64,000 nucleotides of DNA from Methanobacteriota archaeon (GTDB taxonomy: Archaea; Thermoplasmatota; Poseidoniia; Poseidoniales; Poseidoniaceae). Numbering within the stretch: position 1 is the stretch's first letter; every line of letters begins with the position of its first letter. The notes under the pieces are model-generated. The model worked only from the letters and a program-made list of their open reading frames with translations. It was not told the origin of the DNA and searched no databases. The stretch covers positions 1,302-65,301 of the forward strand of contig PBTH01000009.1 of NCBI GenBank assembly GCA_002726495.1, read 5' to 3'. Shown here one piece after another: positions 37,348 through 46,683 of this stretch. Position numbers and translations under genes: made by a program.

Positions 37348-38475
37348 TCATTTTTTTGCTTTTAGCAACGGTTTGTGACCGTTTTTCCCACGTACCGCAT
37401 CGAGGCAACCAAGAAGTATTCCATGCCATAGAGCGATGCTCCACAAGATGGTTAGGCGACGAACACCCATCATGGCTACAATTTTGCTGTTTTTTGTTGT
37501 GTTCATAACCGTCCGATTAACCACACCAAGTGGACCACGCCAAAGAATGAATTCGTGCATTATGAGCAAAACAAACGAACCAATCAACACCTTCGTTTCC
37601 CACCAATTCATGAGTTCGTCCATTTTATCTGGGTCTGCCTGAATCAATTCATACAAGAATGGAAGGCCTGAAACGAAGATGGCCAGCCATAAGGGGAAGA
37701 GAACCAGTACCATGGCTGAATTACCCAAGAAATCAAAACCTGGACCTTTGCGTTTTGATTTAGGATAATGCCGAACGATTCGCATGTGAGCCCGAGCATC
37801 TCTTCTTCTTTTGTCCAAGAATCGCTTTGTTCCCGTTTCAGGAACATGCCGTACCAATGCTTCGGGAGCGTATACGATGGTCCCTCCTGACTCGATCAAA
37901 CGCAAACTAACTTCCATATCTTCTGCATGATACCATTCGGGATCAAATCCACCCACACCGAGTAGAGACTGGCGATGAAACATGGAGCATGGGCCGTTTG
38001 CAAGGCTTGTTCGGCGTGGCCTTGAACGGTATTTGGAGGCAACATCTACAGAACGGAAACGACTTACGAGGTCATCTGCACGCTCAAACACCGTTCTACC
38101 GGTTACTGCTACAACATGCTCCTCATCGGAAACGGGTTGAGTTTCAGCGACAAGATTTGAAATCCAATCTTGCTCCGGACAGACATCGATGTCAGTAATC
38201 GCAACCCATTCACCATTGGCTGCCTCAAGCGCCCATTGGCGCCCTGCAGCCAACCCAAGCGGAGGTTGATGATGAACACGAACAGGTGGGCCATTGACAC
38301 CTTCGGGGTCATTCCATGCATCAAGTACATCCTCCGCATTATCGGTTGAGCCGTCATTGACAACAATAATTTCCAGCGAAGGATATGTTTGCTCGGTGAG
38401 AGCGGTTAAACAACCGTCAATCCACGATGAGCCGTTTCGAACACAAACGGTGATGGATACGAGAAACGGTTCCAT
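37348..38475 (-). CDS. Family 2 glycosyltransferase with a C-terminal membrane domain
   Basis: It carries VSITVCVRNGSSWIDGCLTALTEQTYPSLEIIVVNDGSTD and C-terminal TM helices. Its start overlaps the upstream stop by 1 nt (TAATG). Confidence 0.7.
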   Translation of the reverse strand: MEPFLVSITVCVRNGSSWIDGCLTALTEQTYPSLEIIVVNDGSTDNAEDVLDAWNDPEGVNGPPVRVHHQPPLGLAAGRQWALEAANGEWVAITDIDVCPEQDWISNLVAETQPVSDEEHVVAVTGRTVFERADDLVSRFRSVDVASKYRSRPRRTSLANGPCSMFHRQSLLGVGGFDPEWYHAEDMEVSLRLIESGGTIVYAPEALVRHVPETGTKRFLDKRRRDARAHMRIVRHYPKSKRKGPGFDFLGNSAMVLVLFPLWLAIFVSGLPFLYELIQADPDKMDELMNWWETKVLIGSFVLLIMHEFILWRGPLGVVNRTVMNTTKNSKIVAMMGVRRLTILWSIALWHGILLGCLDAVRGKNGHKPLLKAKK

Positions 38476-39494
38476 TACTCCACCTCAAAAAAACCAAGTA
38501 GATTCCGGCATCGTGTTTTTGTCTCAAGGGTTGTCTGCTGAAGAACGACTCCCTTGCCAGGTTGGCCGTAGATAATTTGAGAACCGATTGGAGCCACTAA
38601 ATGGATGTAAAGAGGAGCAAGGTCTTCCTCCCCCTCAACGTCGATCAATGTCGGTAAATCGGATGAGCAGGCTTTCTCAACAGCAGAAAGTAAACTTGGA
38701 GTGAGTTGCCCAGGTGGGTTTTGAGCATCAAGGATTGCAGAGAATCGTTCAGTATTGACTTGTTGTTCCTTGAGCAAAGGTGTTCGCTTTGTCTGCCCGT
38801 CAATGAGGCCAATATCAGGTATGCAGTCCATGGACAAAAGTGTCGAAACCGTGACGTCTCCCACCGCAATCAGCGCCATCGTACTAAGGTCCAATCCTTC
38901 CAAAGCAGCATACATAGCAACTTCTGGAGCCTCTTCTGGACCTTCGAACAATACACCCATTGGAGTTTTCAATTCTGCATCCAATCGAGGATGCATCAAC
39001 AACGTTTTCGTTCTGTAATGCGGTTCAATCCAAGGATGGCCGTCTTGGTCAATGTATCCATTACGAATCCGAGAGGAACTGATGATGCCTCCATCAATGT
39101 CTTGCATGTGAGACACTTCAATAATCGCAAGTGGAGGTAGATTGTTTTCTGCACGGGTTTCATTGATGGTTTCACACTGTCCACGAGTTTCCGGTGTTGC
39201 GACAATGCAATCCGCTTCTTTGTGTACGGGTGCTGGCCCCATTGCATCAGTCAATTGATGAATCGTTACGCTACCCGGTGCATGCTTCTCAGCCCACTGT
39301 AGCAATACCTCTCTTCGGAGTTCAAAGGATTGAATAAATGGGGATTTGATCTCCGCCATTTGATCTGAAGTGACATGGATTTCGATTCGTTTCGCCGCTT
39401 TTTGGGCAGCGTCAAGAAGGAGGGCATGTCCTGCATGGAAGCGATCAAATGTTCCTCCGACCAAGCAACAAGCAAAGGTCTCGGATGGCTCCAT
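38475..39494 (-). CDS. Fusion of archaeal-type phosphopantetheine adenylyltransferase with DUF359 GTP-dependent dephospho-CoA kinase
   Basis: The N-terminal half has VGGTFDRFHAGH (HxGH nucleotidyltransferase motif) and ISSSRIRNG. The C-terminal half has AVGDVTVSTLL, IDGQTKR, NPPGQLTPSLL, VEGEEDLAPL and YGQPGKGVVL, as in DUF359. Confidence 0.75.
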   Translation of the reverse strand: MEPSETFACCLVGGTFDRFHAGHALLLDAAQKAAKRIEIHVTSDQMAEIKSPFIQSFELRREVLLQWAEKHAPGSVTIHQLTDAMGPAPVHKEADCIVATPETRGQCETINETRAENNLPPLAIIEVSHMQDIDGGIISSSRIRNGYIDQDGHPWIEPHYRTKTLLMHPRLDAELKTPMGVLFEGPEEAPEVAMYAALEGLDLSTMALIAVGDVTVSTLLSMDCIPDIGLIDGQTKRTPLLKEQQVNTERFSAILDAQNPPGQLTPSLLSAVEKACSSDLPTLIDVEGEEDLAPLYIHLVAPIGSQIIYGQPGKGVVLQQTTLETKTRCRNLLGFFEVE

Positions 39495-39856
39495 AATGAG
39501 TTGACAGAGAAAACAGCCTTTGAGGTCATCGCATCCTGTAAGGCAAACAAAGCGAATTTGGGCGGGCAGCTGTGCCCCGACACCTAACGGCCTTTTTCAT
39601 CGGTTACTCGAAGGCCTGACCCTCGGTATCGGGGCGTGCTGTCCAGTAGGGTGGTTGTCTTGAGGTCATCCTGTCGTCATTCAAGGACCCATAACCTACC
39701 GATGGTTTACCGCATTTGCACCGGAAATCACTCCCCGAAGGGTCCTCCCAGTCTTCGATTGCGGCCGTACTCATGGTGTCAGACGTCATTGCAATTTCAC
39801 AGTAGCTCAGCCCGATGTTGCAGGTACGGTAATCAAAGGCGGTTGAAGATCCCTTT

Positions 39857-42364
39857 TCAATCCATCGTCAATCGCTGGCGAGCGGCAAAGGACCTGGAAT
39901 ACAACAACAACCCAATCATTGGGTCTCCTTCATCAATGACAGAAGGACTGAATGTCGGCCACGAATCAATGGGTTGGACCAGCCAAGCAGCTTGAGGGTG
40001 TGTTTTGAGAGAAGGAGGTGGTAATTGTTGCTCGAGTGCATAGGTCATTTCATAGAGGTCATCCAAAGAAGAAGTTCCGTTTCCCTTCTGCAATAATTTC
40101 GTCGCAATAAGGTCATCACTGGATAGAGAAAAACCGGGATGCCCAATTTGGATGCCGGGCAATCCACCAATTTCCCCTTTCATACGAACCACAAGTGAGG
40201 GCCAAGAGATTGATTTATCTCTCAACCATGTTCGCCCTGATGATGTGTTGAGTTGGAGGAGAAGCCATTCACTTGCGTACGGAGCCCACCAAAGATGTGG
40301 AAACGATTCCATCACAGAACGTACCTGCTCTGCACCCCATGGCTCACGCTTCCTAATGGTCTGAACCGAACGAGCCCACAAACCCAAGAAAGATTTCTCA
40401 GGGAGATCTGCTGATGCACGCAAACATTGCTCTAACAATGAATGTCGGGAAACCGAAACATGTTTGTTGACTGGGAACAACAACGGTAGAACGTATTCAG
40501 GCAAATGCGGTTGACTCAACCAAAACGAAAGGTTGCGTTCCATCAGTTCATCGAACTCTTCTCCCAGAGATGAGGCTCCAGCCAATACGGCTGCAGCTAA
40601 CCAAGAACCATGGTCTTGGTCGACTGCGGTAGAAATCCGAAGTAAGATTTCTGGCGATGAGCGCAATTCCAATGCCAATCTCGAAAAGGCCTTTTCAACC
40701 CATTTCCCATTGCCTTTGTGAAGTGAATGCGCAAGTGTGTGAAGATCAAATTCAAACGCCGAATGAATGTTAACCCAACCTTTTGGAAGAAGATGCTGCA
40801 ACCGTGTCCAGCGATCTGTCCTTTTGTCAGGAGGTGATGAAATCCAAGAGGCAACCGGCCAATTTGGTTCAAGTTCATTGGCGAGCAGTTCATCTCCAAT
40901 TGGATAGGCATGCAATGCTCTGCTCATCGCATCTTGTTCATCCAAATCATCAATGGCACGACTGAAGAAATCAATATTTAGATTTCCAGTAGCAAAGGCG
41001 TCCAACAATTCTAAACCGTCTTGGGGAAATGCCTCCAATCTTTGATTGAAGGATGCTCGTTCAAGCGTTGTATCCAACATAATGGGCAGGGTATTGGAGC
41101 GATTCAAATGCACACATAATTGTGCCAACTGCGGTGAGCCTCTTATTGAGACACTTGCCTTGGACAAAAACTGTCCTTCTAAATTCCGAGTAACAACCAT
41201 TCTGCACATGGGGTGGCTGAGAATACGTTCCAAGAGCGGCACATCTGGATGGGAAAATGGCCATTCAATCACGAAGGGTTGACTTGAATGGTTCAAGATA
41301 TATTCACAAAGTGCTTTCAATCCAAACGAGGACATCCCATACAGGTCCAGATCGTCCTGCTCCAAATCAATCTCAGTCCATTTTGCGTCTCCAAAATCTG
41401 CCAAAAGGTCTCGTTTCATAGGAAGTGGGAGGGAATTCATATCGATTCGTAATGCATCGGTGATCTCATCATAACGTTCAGTAATTTTTTCGGGAGACAT
41501 TCTTGGATGACGAAGTTGCAACCAGAAATGGAGAACGCCGAGAGGCAAGATGATCGACTTACCGTTGTTTAATTCACTCAACTTAAGGCAATCATGACCC
41601 ATTGCATTGAGAACCAATGTTCTGTCAAGAGAAGAAGACAAATCCGCATGTGAACCGAATGGAGGTGAATAACCAACATGATGCCCTTCAACCATCCCGA
41701 GAATCGTTTGGCCATGATTGAAAAGTGTCGGTTCTGGAATATCTGGCCGAGAAGCAAACCACTGGCCCTCTAGGAGCATTGAGGAATCGGTGCGTTCAAC
41801 GATTGCACCACGAACAAGACCTATTTTTCCTGGTTTTTCATTGAATTCATCCAATGTTCCAATTCCAGAAGGGCTTGGAGGCTCGCTTGGCGTTAATGTC
41901 TCAAGGTCGTACCAAACCAACTGCTGATGCCTGCAAAGAATCCATGCCCCCCCTCTATTTCCTTTGGAAAGTGTGGATGAGGAAATTGAAGCATCTTGGA
42001 CAAACAATAGAGGTGATTTGGGGATTTCTGTATAACCAATTAAGATTTCAGAGCCGTCAATTTGCAAGATGATTCCGTTCATCCCAGACGGAATTGTTTG
42101 AACATGAAGTTTGGATTTGGCCAAAGCATCTTCCTCCAAGCGCTTCAGACCAGACTGACTCAGATATAACGGGGCTTTTCGAATACCTGCTGCGTCGTCA
42201 CGGTAAATGTCTCCCGATGCCCTTAATTGACGGCATGCGAGCGAGGCGTGGGGCATCCTCATGTCAAATTCATGAGCGATCTCTGAAACTGTTCGGGGCC
42301 CTTGGCTCAGAAGAAGCAGTATCCGGCGGTGAGCTGCAGAACGAATCCTCTGAATGGGCATCAC
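39857..42364 (-). CDS. Large (835 aa) orphan protein with an N-terminal ArsR-like winged helix-turn-helix
   Basis: The N-terminus is HRRILLLLSQGPRTVSEIAHEFDMRMPHASLACRQLRASGDIYRD. I recognised nothing in the remaining ~750 aa. Confidence 0.6.
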   Translation of the reverse strand: MMPIQRIRSAAHRRILLLLSQGPRTVSEIAHEFDMRMPHASLACRQLRASGDIYRDDAAGIRKAPLYLSQSGLKRLEEDALAKSKLHVQTIPSGMNGIILQIDGSEILIGYTEIPKSPLLFVQDASISSSTLSKGNRGGAWILCRHQQLVWYDLETLTPSEPPSPSGIGTLDEFNEKPGKIGLVRGAIVERTDSSMLLEGQWFASRPDIPEPTLFNHGQTILGMVEGHHVGYSPPFGSHADLSSSLDRTLVLNAMGHDCLKLSELNNGKSIILPLGVLHFWLQLRHPRMSPEKITERYDEITDALRIDMNSLPLPMKRDLLADFGDAKWTEIDLEQDDLDLYGMSSFGLKALCEYILNHSSQPFVIEWPFSHPDVPLLERILSHPMCRMVVTRNLEGQFLSKASVSIRGSPQLAQLCVHLNRSNTLPIMLDTTLERASFNQRLEAFPQDGLELLDAFATGNLNIDFFSRAIDDLDEQDAMSRALHAYPIGDELLANELEPNWPVASWISSPPDKRTDRWTRLQHLLPKGWVNIHSAFEFDLHTLAHSLHKGNGKWVEKAFSRLALELRSSPEILLRISTAVDQDHGSWLAAAVLAGASSLGEEFDELMERNLSFWLSQPHLPEYVLPLLFPVNKHVSVSRHSLLEQCLRASADLPEKSFLGLWARSVQTIRKREPWGAEQVRSVMESFPHLWWAPYASEWLLLQLNTSSGRTWLRDKSISWPSLVVRMKGEIGGLPGIQIGHPGFSLSSDDLIATKLLQKGNGTSSLDDLYEMTYALEQQLPPPSLKTHPQAAWLVQPIDSWPTFSPSVIDEGDPMIGLLLYSRSFAARQRLTMD

Positions 42365-42445
42365 CAGTCACCTCAAACAACCCTATCGTAACTAATTGAT
42401 TAACTTCACTCTTTTTATCGTCATTTAGTTACATTAAGTTATACA

Positions 42446-42458
42446 TTTCCACTGGAAA
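42446..42458. promoter_or_regulatory. Perfect 13-nt palindrome TTTCCACTGGAAA (ORB-core-like dyad)
   Basis: Read directly from the sequence. It lies in the AT-rich 263-nt divergent intergenic region 42365-42627. Confidence 0.35.
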
Positions 42459-42627
42459 GGTTTGCGTTTACTTACATCCCCGGCCAATGATGTAAAAAAA
42501 ACACTGGATTTCGGTCACCAACTGTAACAAAATCGTCAATTCTCGGAGGAAGCATTATATCAGCGGCCTCGCTCCTAAGAAACAGTGGCGATACTCAACC
42601 TAGACCGCCCTACAATGACAGGAGGAA

Positions 42628-42957
42628 ATGAACATGAAAACAACCCGCATCCGTGAAAAAATCAAGAAATTTTTAGGCGACAGACCCCGAAATACTGCTG
42701 AAATTTTGGAATACATCAACGGCTCGATGCGTCATGGAACAACCAGTCAACAGCTCGGCAACGTACTCTCCAAGGACAAAGACATCGTCAAGGTAGGATA
42801 CATCAAGCGATCCGGCATTCTATCAGGCGGATATGATATTTGTGAATGGGCTACACGCACCTGGGTTTCAGAAAACTGCCCTGAATGGATTGAAGGAACT
42901 CCGATCATCATTGATAGTGAAGGAAACTTCACAACCAACAACGATCAGAAGTTGTGA
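42628..42957 (+). CDS. Small winged-helix DNA-binding protein
   Basis: IREKIKKFLGDRPRNTAEILEYING...TSQQLGNVLSKDKDIVKVG looks like a wHTH. AGGAGG lies about 6 nt upstream of the ATG. Confidence 0.5.
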   Translation: MNMKTTRIREKIKKFLGDRPRNTAEILEYINGSMRHGTTSQQLGNVLSKDKDIVKVGYIKRSGILSGGYDICEWATRTWVSENCPEWIEGTPIIIDSEGNFTTNNDQKL

Positions 42958-43081
42958 ATTCAAAATCGGAAACGATTGACGCATAGAATCTCTCTTACTG
43001 AGAGTTACTCCTGTTCATTTGAAAGATTCAGTGTCTCCAGAAAGTCTGGATAATCTCTGCCGGCCTTCGTGTCAAAGAACC

Positions 43082-44008
43082 TTATTGTCCTTCAAAAATC
43101 TTCATTCCATCATCGACTGAAGCACCTTCACAAATGATGGCATGGCAAGCGGCAGCCATTCGGACTGCCTCATCAGTTGACTTTTGGTGAATGTTGCGAC
43201 CAGTGGCTGCACCACGGCACCCAGAGATGTTGATTTGGTCGTGAAGTCGCTGCAAGAAGGCACGTGGAGGCAGAGAGCCGCCTCCCGAGCAAATGATGCC
43301 AGTGCGCCCTGCGGCTTCCACTGCGATCTTGAATGACTCTGCTTCGGTCATTCCATCCCATGCTTTCGGATAATTGACCTTTGCAAAATCAGCGCCAAGA
43401 CAGCCAGCAACGCCAGCTGCACCTGCAATCAGTTGTGGGTCTTTCTCATCAGTAACAGCTTTTCCTCGAGGATACATCCAAACTACTGAAATCATTCCTT
43501 GCTCATGCGCTTGACGGATGAATTGGGCTGCCTCTGTCAACATTTCATGCTCGAACTCACTTCCGATGTAAACGGTATAGCCGATTCCGACAACGTTCAC
43601 ACCGTTGTGAACCAAAGACATTACATCGTCCATGTCCCACAATGCTTGTGAAATAGGGTCTCGCTGAGATGTCTTCACCATGTGCGATTTGGAATTAAGT
43701 TTCACAAGGTAAGGAAGGTCTGGGTAGTCCCGAGCATATTGGGAAATCAGTCCCAATTGACCTGCTAATACGCCCAATGTTTGAGCTCCATGTGTTTTTG
43801 CACCGATTTCAAACAAGTGTCCTGGGTCATTTGAACTGAGAGGGATGGTTGAACCTCCGTCATAGAAATCATCATTCAAGTGCTCAATTTTTTGGTCACA
43901 GGCAAAGAGATTCATTGAACCTGTGCCGGCAGTCGCTGCCATCATGTTGTCAATGTAGGTCTCCATGAGTTCATTTGGAACATCTGCAGGAACATGGATT
44001 TCAGTCAT
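43082..44008 (-). CDS. Class I fructose-bisphosphate aldolase (FbaB/DhnA, DeoC family)
   Basis: PYLVKLNSKSH, GYTVYIGSE, GADFAKVNYP and GRNIHQKS parallel the E. coli FbaB motifs FLVKLNHNE, GATIYFGSE, GADIVKQK and GRKAFKKS. Confidence 0.7.
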   Translation of the reverse strand: MTEIHVPADVPNELMETYIDNMMAATAGTGSMNLFACDQKIEHLNDDFYDGGSTIPLSSNDPGHLFEIGAKTHGAQTLGVLAGQLGLISQYARDYPDLPYLVKLNSKSHMVKTSQRDPISQALWDMDDVMSLVHNGVNVVGIGYTVYIGSEFEHEMLTEAAQFIRQAHEQGMISVVWMYPRGKAVTDEKDPQLIAGAAGVAGCLGADFAKVNYPKAWDGMTEAESFKIAVEAAGRTGIICSGGGSLPPRAFLQRLHDQINISGCRGAATGRNIHQKSTDEAVRMAAACHAIICEGASVDDGMKIFEGQ

Positions 44009-44032
44009 GGTCTAACTCTCCTTGAATATGGC

Positions 44033-44899
44033 TCACTGGCCAGTGAAATTTGCAACACGCTTCTCAACATAGGCTGCAATTCCTTCTTTCGCATCAGTGC
44101 TGTTGAAGAGAGAGGCTTGGAGTTCTCGCTCCAATGCAAGGTGGTATTCAAACGGAATTTCTGGACCTGTTTGGCAAGAGCGCTTGATGTTTCCAACAGC
44201 CTTGACTGCTTTGTTTGGAAGTGTAAATTGGCTGCACCAATCAAGAACATCCCGTCGGAAGTCATCAGCATCGCCTTCCCAAATGTGGTTGATCAAGTTG
44301 CAGCCGTGTGCGTCCTCAAAAGACATGAGTTCACCGGTTACCATCATCTCGAGAGCCTTTGCTTTACCGATGAGTCGTGTGAGACGAGCTGTTCCACCCG
44401 TACCTGCGAGCACACCAAGATTGATTTCAGGAAGTCCTACTTTACCCGAGTTCTTGCGTGCAATACGAATGTCTGCAGCCATGGCGATTTCCAATCCACC
44501 GCCAACAGCGTGGCCGTTGATAGCACATACTACAAGTTTGGAAGTTTGCTCAAAACGAGAGAGGGTTTCGTTTGCGTGAAGGCAAAAATTGTACTTGAAG
44601 CCTGGCGTGACGCTGTTTAACATTTGAATGGAAGCCCCAGCAGAAAAGAAGGATGCTCCATTTCCAGTGATGACGATGCAGGTGACATCATCATCAAAAC
44701 GAGCACGTACCACTGCTTCATCGATGTCCCTCATCATTCCGTGTGTGTATGTGTTTGGTGAGCGGTCATTGGGGGCTTCAAGAGGCGCTCCTGCTGAATC
44801 AGAGGTCAGTTCAATAACTGCAATCCCGTTTTCGGTCACACCGTAGTTAACAAGACGGTTCGGCATAGGCTCGAGTTTCAATCCATAGAGGTCGCTCAT
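44033..44899 (-). CDS. Enoyl-CoA hydratase/isomerase (crotonase family)
   Basis: It carries FFSAGASIQML and INGHAVGGGLEIAMAADIRIA. The start is set at ATG 44899. Confidence 0.75.
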   Translation of the reverse strand: MSDLYGLKLEPMPNRLVNYGVTENGIAVIELTSDSAGAPLEAPNDRSPNTYTHGMMRDIDEAVVRARFDDDVTCIVITGNGASFFSAGASIQMLNSVTPGFKYNFCLHANETLSRFEQTSKLVVCAINGHAVGGGLEIAMAADIRIARKNSGKVGLPEINLGVLAGTGGTARLTRLIGKAKALEMMVTGELMSFEDAHGCNLINHIWEGDADDFRRDVLDWCSQFTLPNKAVKAVGNIKRSCQTGPEIPFEYHLALERELQASLFNSTDAKEGIAAYVEKRVANFTGQ

Positions 44900-44952
44900 G
44901 AAAGGAGCCACAAGGGAGGGCATTATGAATAAATCGCATGCAAATCTTGTAT

Positions 44953-46206
44953 TCAAGATTCAGAATCTTGCCCCTCAGTGAACGAGACCTCGCCACCGCC
45001 ACGGCGTATTTCGTTCCACTGCGCCTTGATTTCATTTGCTTGGTCGGAAGGTTCCCATGCATCTCGTTTCAACGCATTCCTAAACGGCATCCGCCTTACG
45101 CCACGACCCATTGCTTTCTGATCTTTAACGAGCATAAACGGGTTGACAATACGGTAAAGCAAGGATTTGAACAGACTTGGGCGAAACAGTTTCCCAATCC
45201 AAACAAGCCCATCTCCTCGCTTTTTCTGATCTTTCATCCAAGCGTTGCACATTCGCTTGAACGTTCGGTCCCCGACACGATTCATCAACCATCGATTCGC
45301 TACGCTTGTGCGCACATATGGCATCAGATGGCGACGCACATCTGCTTCATAGTCGCCCTCTCCAAGGATATCTTTTGCGGCTAGAACTCCAGACCAGACT
45401 GCCATTCGCATGCCGAAGCCCCACATGAAATCCTGTAATCCACCGGACTCGCCGACATAATACCTGCCGTCTTGTTTGTAATTGCGGTTGATGGTAAAGT
45501 CTCCTTTACCTCCGACTCTCTTTATTGGTCTACGGTTAAGATTCGGGTAATGTTGTTCGTACCATGCAATCGTTTCGTTGAGAAAACGGTCGCTTTTCTT
45601 TTGTTTGCGCCATAAGCAGGTACAAATGAGGCCAATTCCATCGATGATGATAAGGTATGAATAGGAGCCAGGGGCTAATTTGTCGTTGAGTTGAAATCCA
45701 ATATGATTTGGATGGTCGGTATGAAAAATCTCTCCATAAGCTACGGCTGATGTGCCTTTTGGCCCACATGCGATGATGGTACAGTCTTCTTCCTTTACTC
45801 GGGACTTGTAATGGATGTGAGCCCCAGCATCCAATGCTTGTTGCTTGAACCCCTGGTCGATTGTGTGGTCGGACGTGCCTCGTTCAACAATCCTGTAAGC
45901 GACTTTATTGGTTTTAGCTTGCGTTATTTTGTCATCCGGATGGATGATGTCCACTGTGCTAAATTCAGTCGCTTTGAAGGATGATAAATCAAATCCCCAT
46001 TCGTTTAATTGTTCGAAAAAATCATCATCCATGCTCCAATTTTCTAGCGCCTGAAAATCACCATCAAATCGGGCACCTGAATCGGCCCGGATATCATGAA
46101 CATGTACTTCCATGCCTGCTTTTGCCAGTACGGTAGCCGCAGCCAATCCCGATAAACCCGCACCCATAATGTGGACGGGAGGGTGTTGGTCCGAGCCGGG
46201 GGTCAT
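44953..46206 (-). CDS. FAD-dependent oxidoreductase (geranylgeranyl-reductase-like)
   Basis: It has the dinucleotide fold HIMGAGLSGLAAATVLAKAGMEVHVHD and VGESGGLQDFMWGFGMRMA. The start is set at ATG 46206. Confidence 0.55.
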   Translation of the reverse strand: MTPGSDQHPPVHIMGAGLSGLAAATVLAKAGMEVHVHDIRADSGARFDGDFQALENWSMDDDFFEQLNEWGFDLSSFKATEFSTVDIIHPDDKITQAKTNKVAYRIVERGTSDHTIDQGFKQQALDAGAHIHYKSRVKEEDCTIIACGPKGTSAVAYGEIFHTDHPNHIGFQLNDKLAPGSYSYLIIIDGIGLICTCLWRKQKKSDRFLNETIAWYEQHYPNLNRRPIKRVGGKGDFTINRNYKQDGRYYVGESGGLQDFMWGFGMRMAVWSGVLAAKDILGEGDYEADVRRHLMPYVRTSVANRWLMNRVGDRTFKRMCNAWMKDQKKRGDGLVWIGKLFRPSLFKSLLYRIVNPFMLVKDQKAMGRGVRRMPFRNALKRDAWEPSDQANEIKAQWNEIRRGGGEVSFTEGQDSES

Positions 46207-46233
46207 GCCCTTCCATTGAGCCGTGAGGTTTGA

Positions 46234-46683
46234 ATGATGCGTTTCTCTCGCTTCATCATGGCCGAGCGGGTTTTGGTTGAAGAAGCCCCGTTGGAACTCA
46301 ACCCTCATGAGTTACGAAGTAAACTACCGACCGAAGGCTGTGGAGCAGTGGTTAGTTTCGTAGGAATCACTCGGGAAACCGAAGGAGAGGACGCCGTTTT
46401 GAGGTTGGAATTTGATGCTTGGAAAGATCATTTGACACCGGTGTTATCGCGGCTAGGGCAGGAAGCAATCGATGCATATGGCGTTCGATTTGTTGCTCTT
46501 GCACACCGTACGGGCTCTGTTGGCCCCCAAGAGCCCATCGTTGCGATTCACGTGGCAAGTCCTCATCGGAAGGAAGCCTTTGAAGCCTGCTCTTGGCTTA
46601 TTGACGAACTCAAAAAGCAAGCACCCATATGGAAGAAAGAAGTCACAAGCGCAGGGGAGACCTGGAAGGAGGGGCTTGGATGA
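46234..46683 (+). CDS. moaE: Molybdopterin synthase catalytic subunit MoaE
   Basis: It carries GAVVSFVGITRE, VAIHVASPHRKEAFEAC and APIWKKE. The start may instead be ATG 46258. Confidence 0.7.
   Translation: MMRFSRFIMAERVLVEEAPLELNPHELRSKLPTEGCGAVVSFVGITRETEGEDAVLRLEFDAWKDHLTPVLSRLGQEAIDAYGVRFVALAHRTGSVGPQEPIVAIHVASPHRKEAFEACSWLIDELKKQAPIWKKEVTSAGETWKEGLG

Noticed and set aside
39604-39789. A 61-aa minus-strand ORF in the 362-nt gap might be a real small protein.
   Set aside because: It has no ribosome-binding site, TATA element or motif. A plus-strand ORF of similar quality overlaps it. I left it unannotated and flagged the gap instead.
42990-43050. Two short hairpins (CTCTC-TTACT-GAGAG at 42990-43004 and TCCAGA-AAG-TCTGGA at 43036-43050) lie between convergent genes and might be terminators.
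   Set aside because: The stems are only 5-6 bp, and archaeal termination mainly relies on oligo-T tracts. I cannot support a functional call.
43994-44620. 208-aa plus-strand ORF, plus 44097..44579 +.
   Set aside because: They are antisense to the crotonase gene, whose frame carries the canonical oxyanion-hole motifs. They have no motifs of their own.
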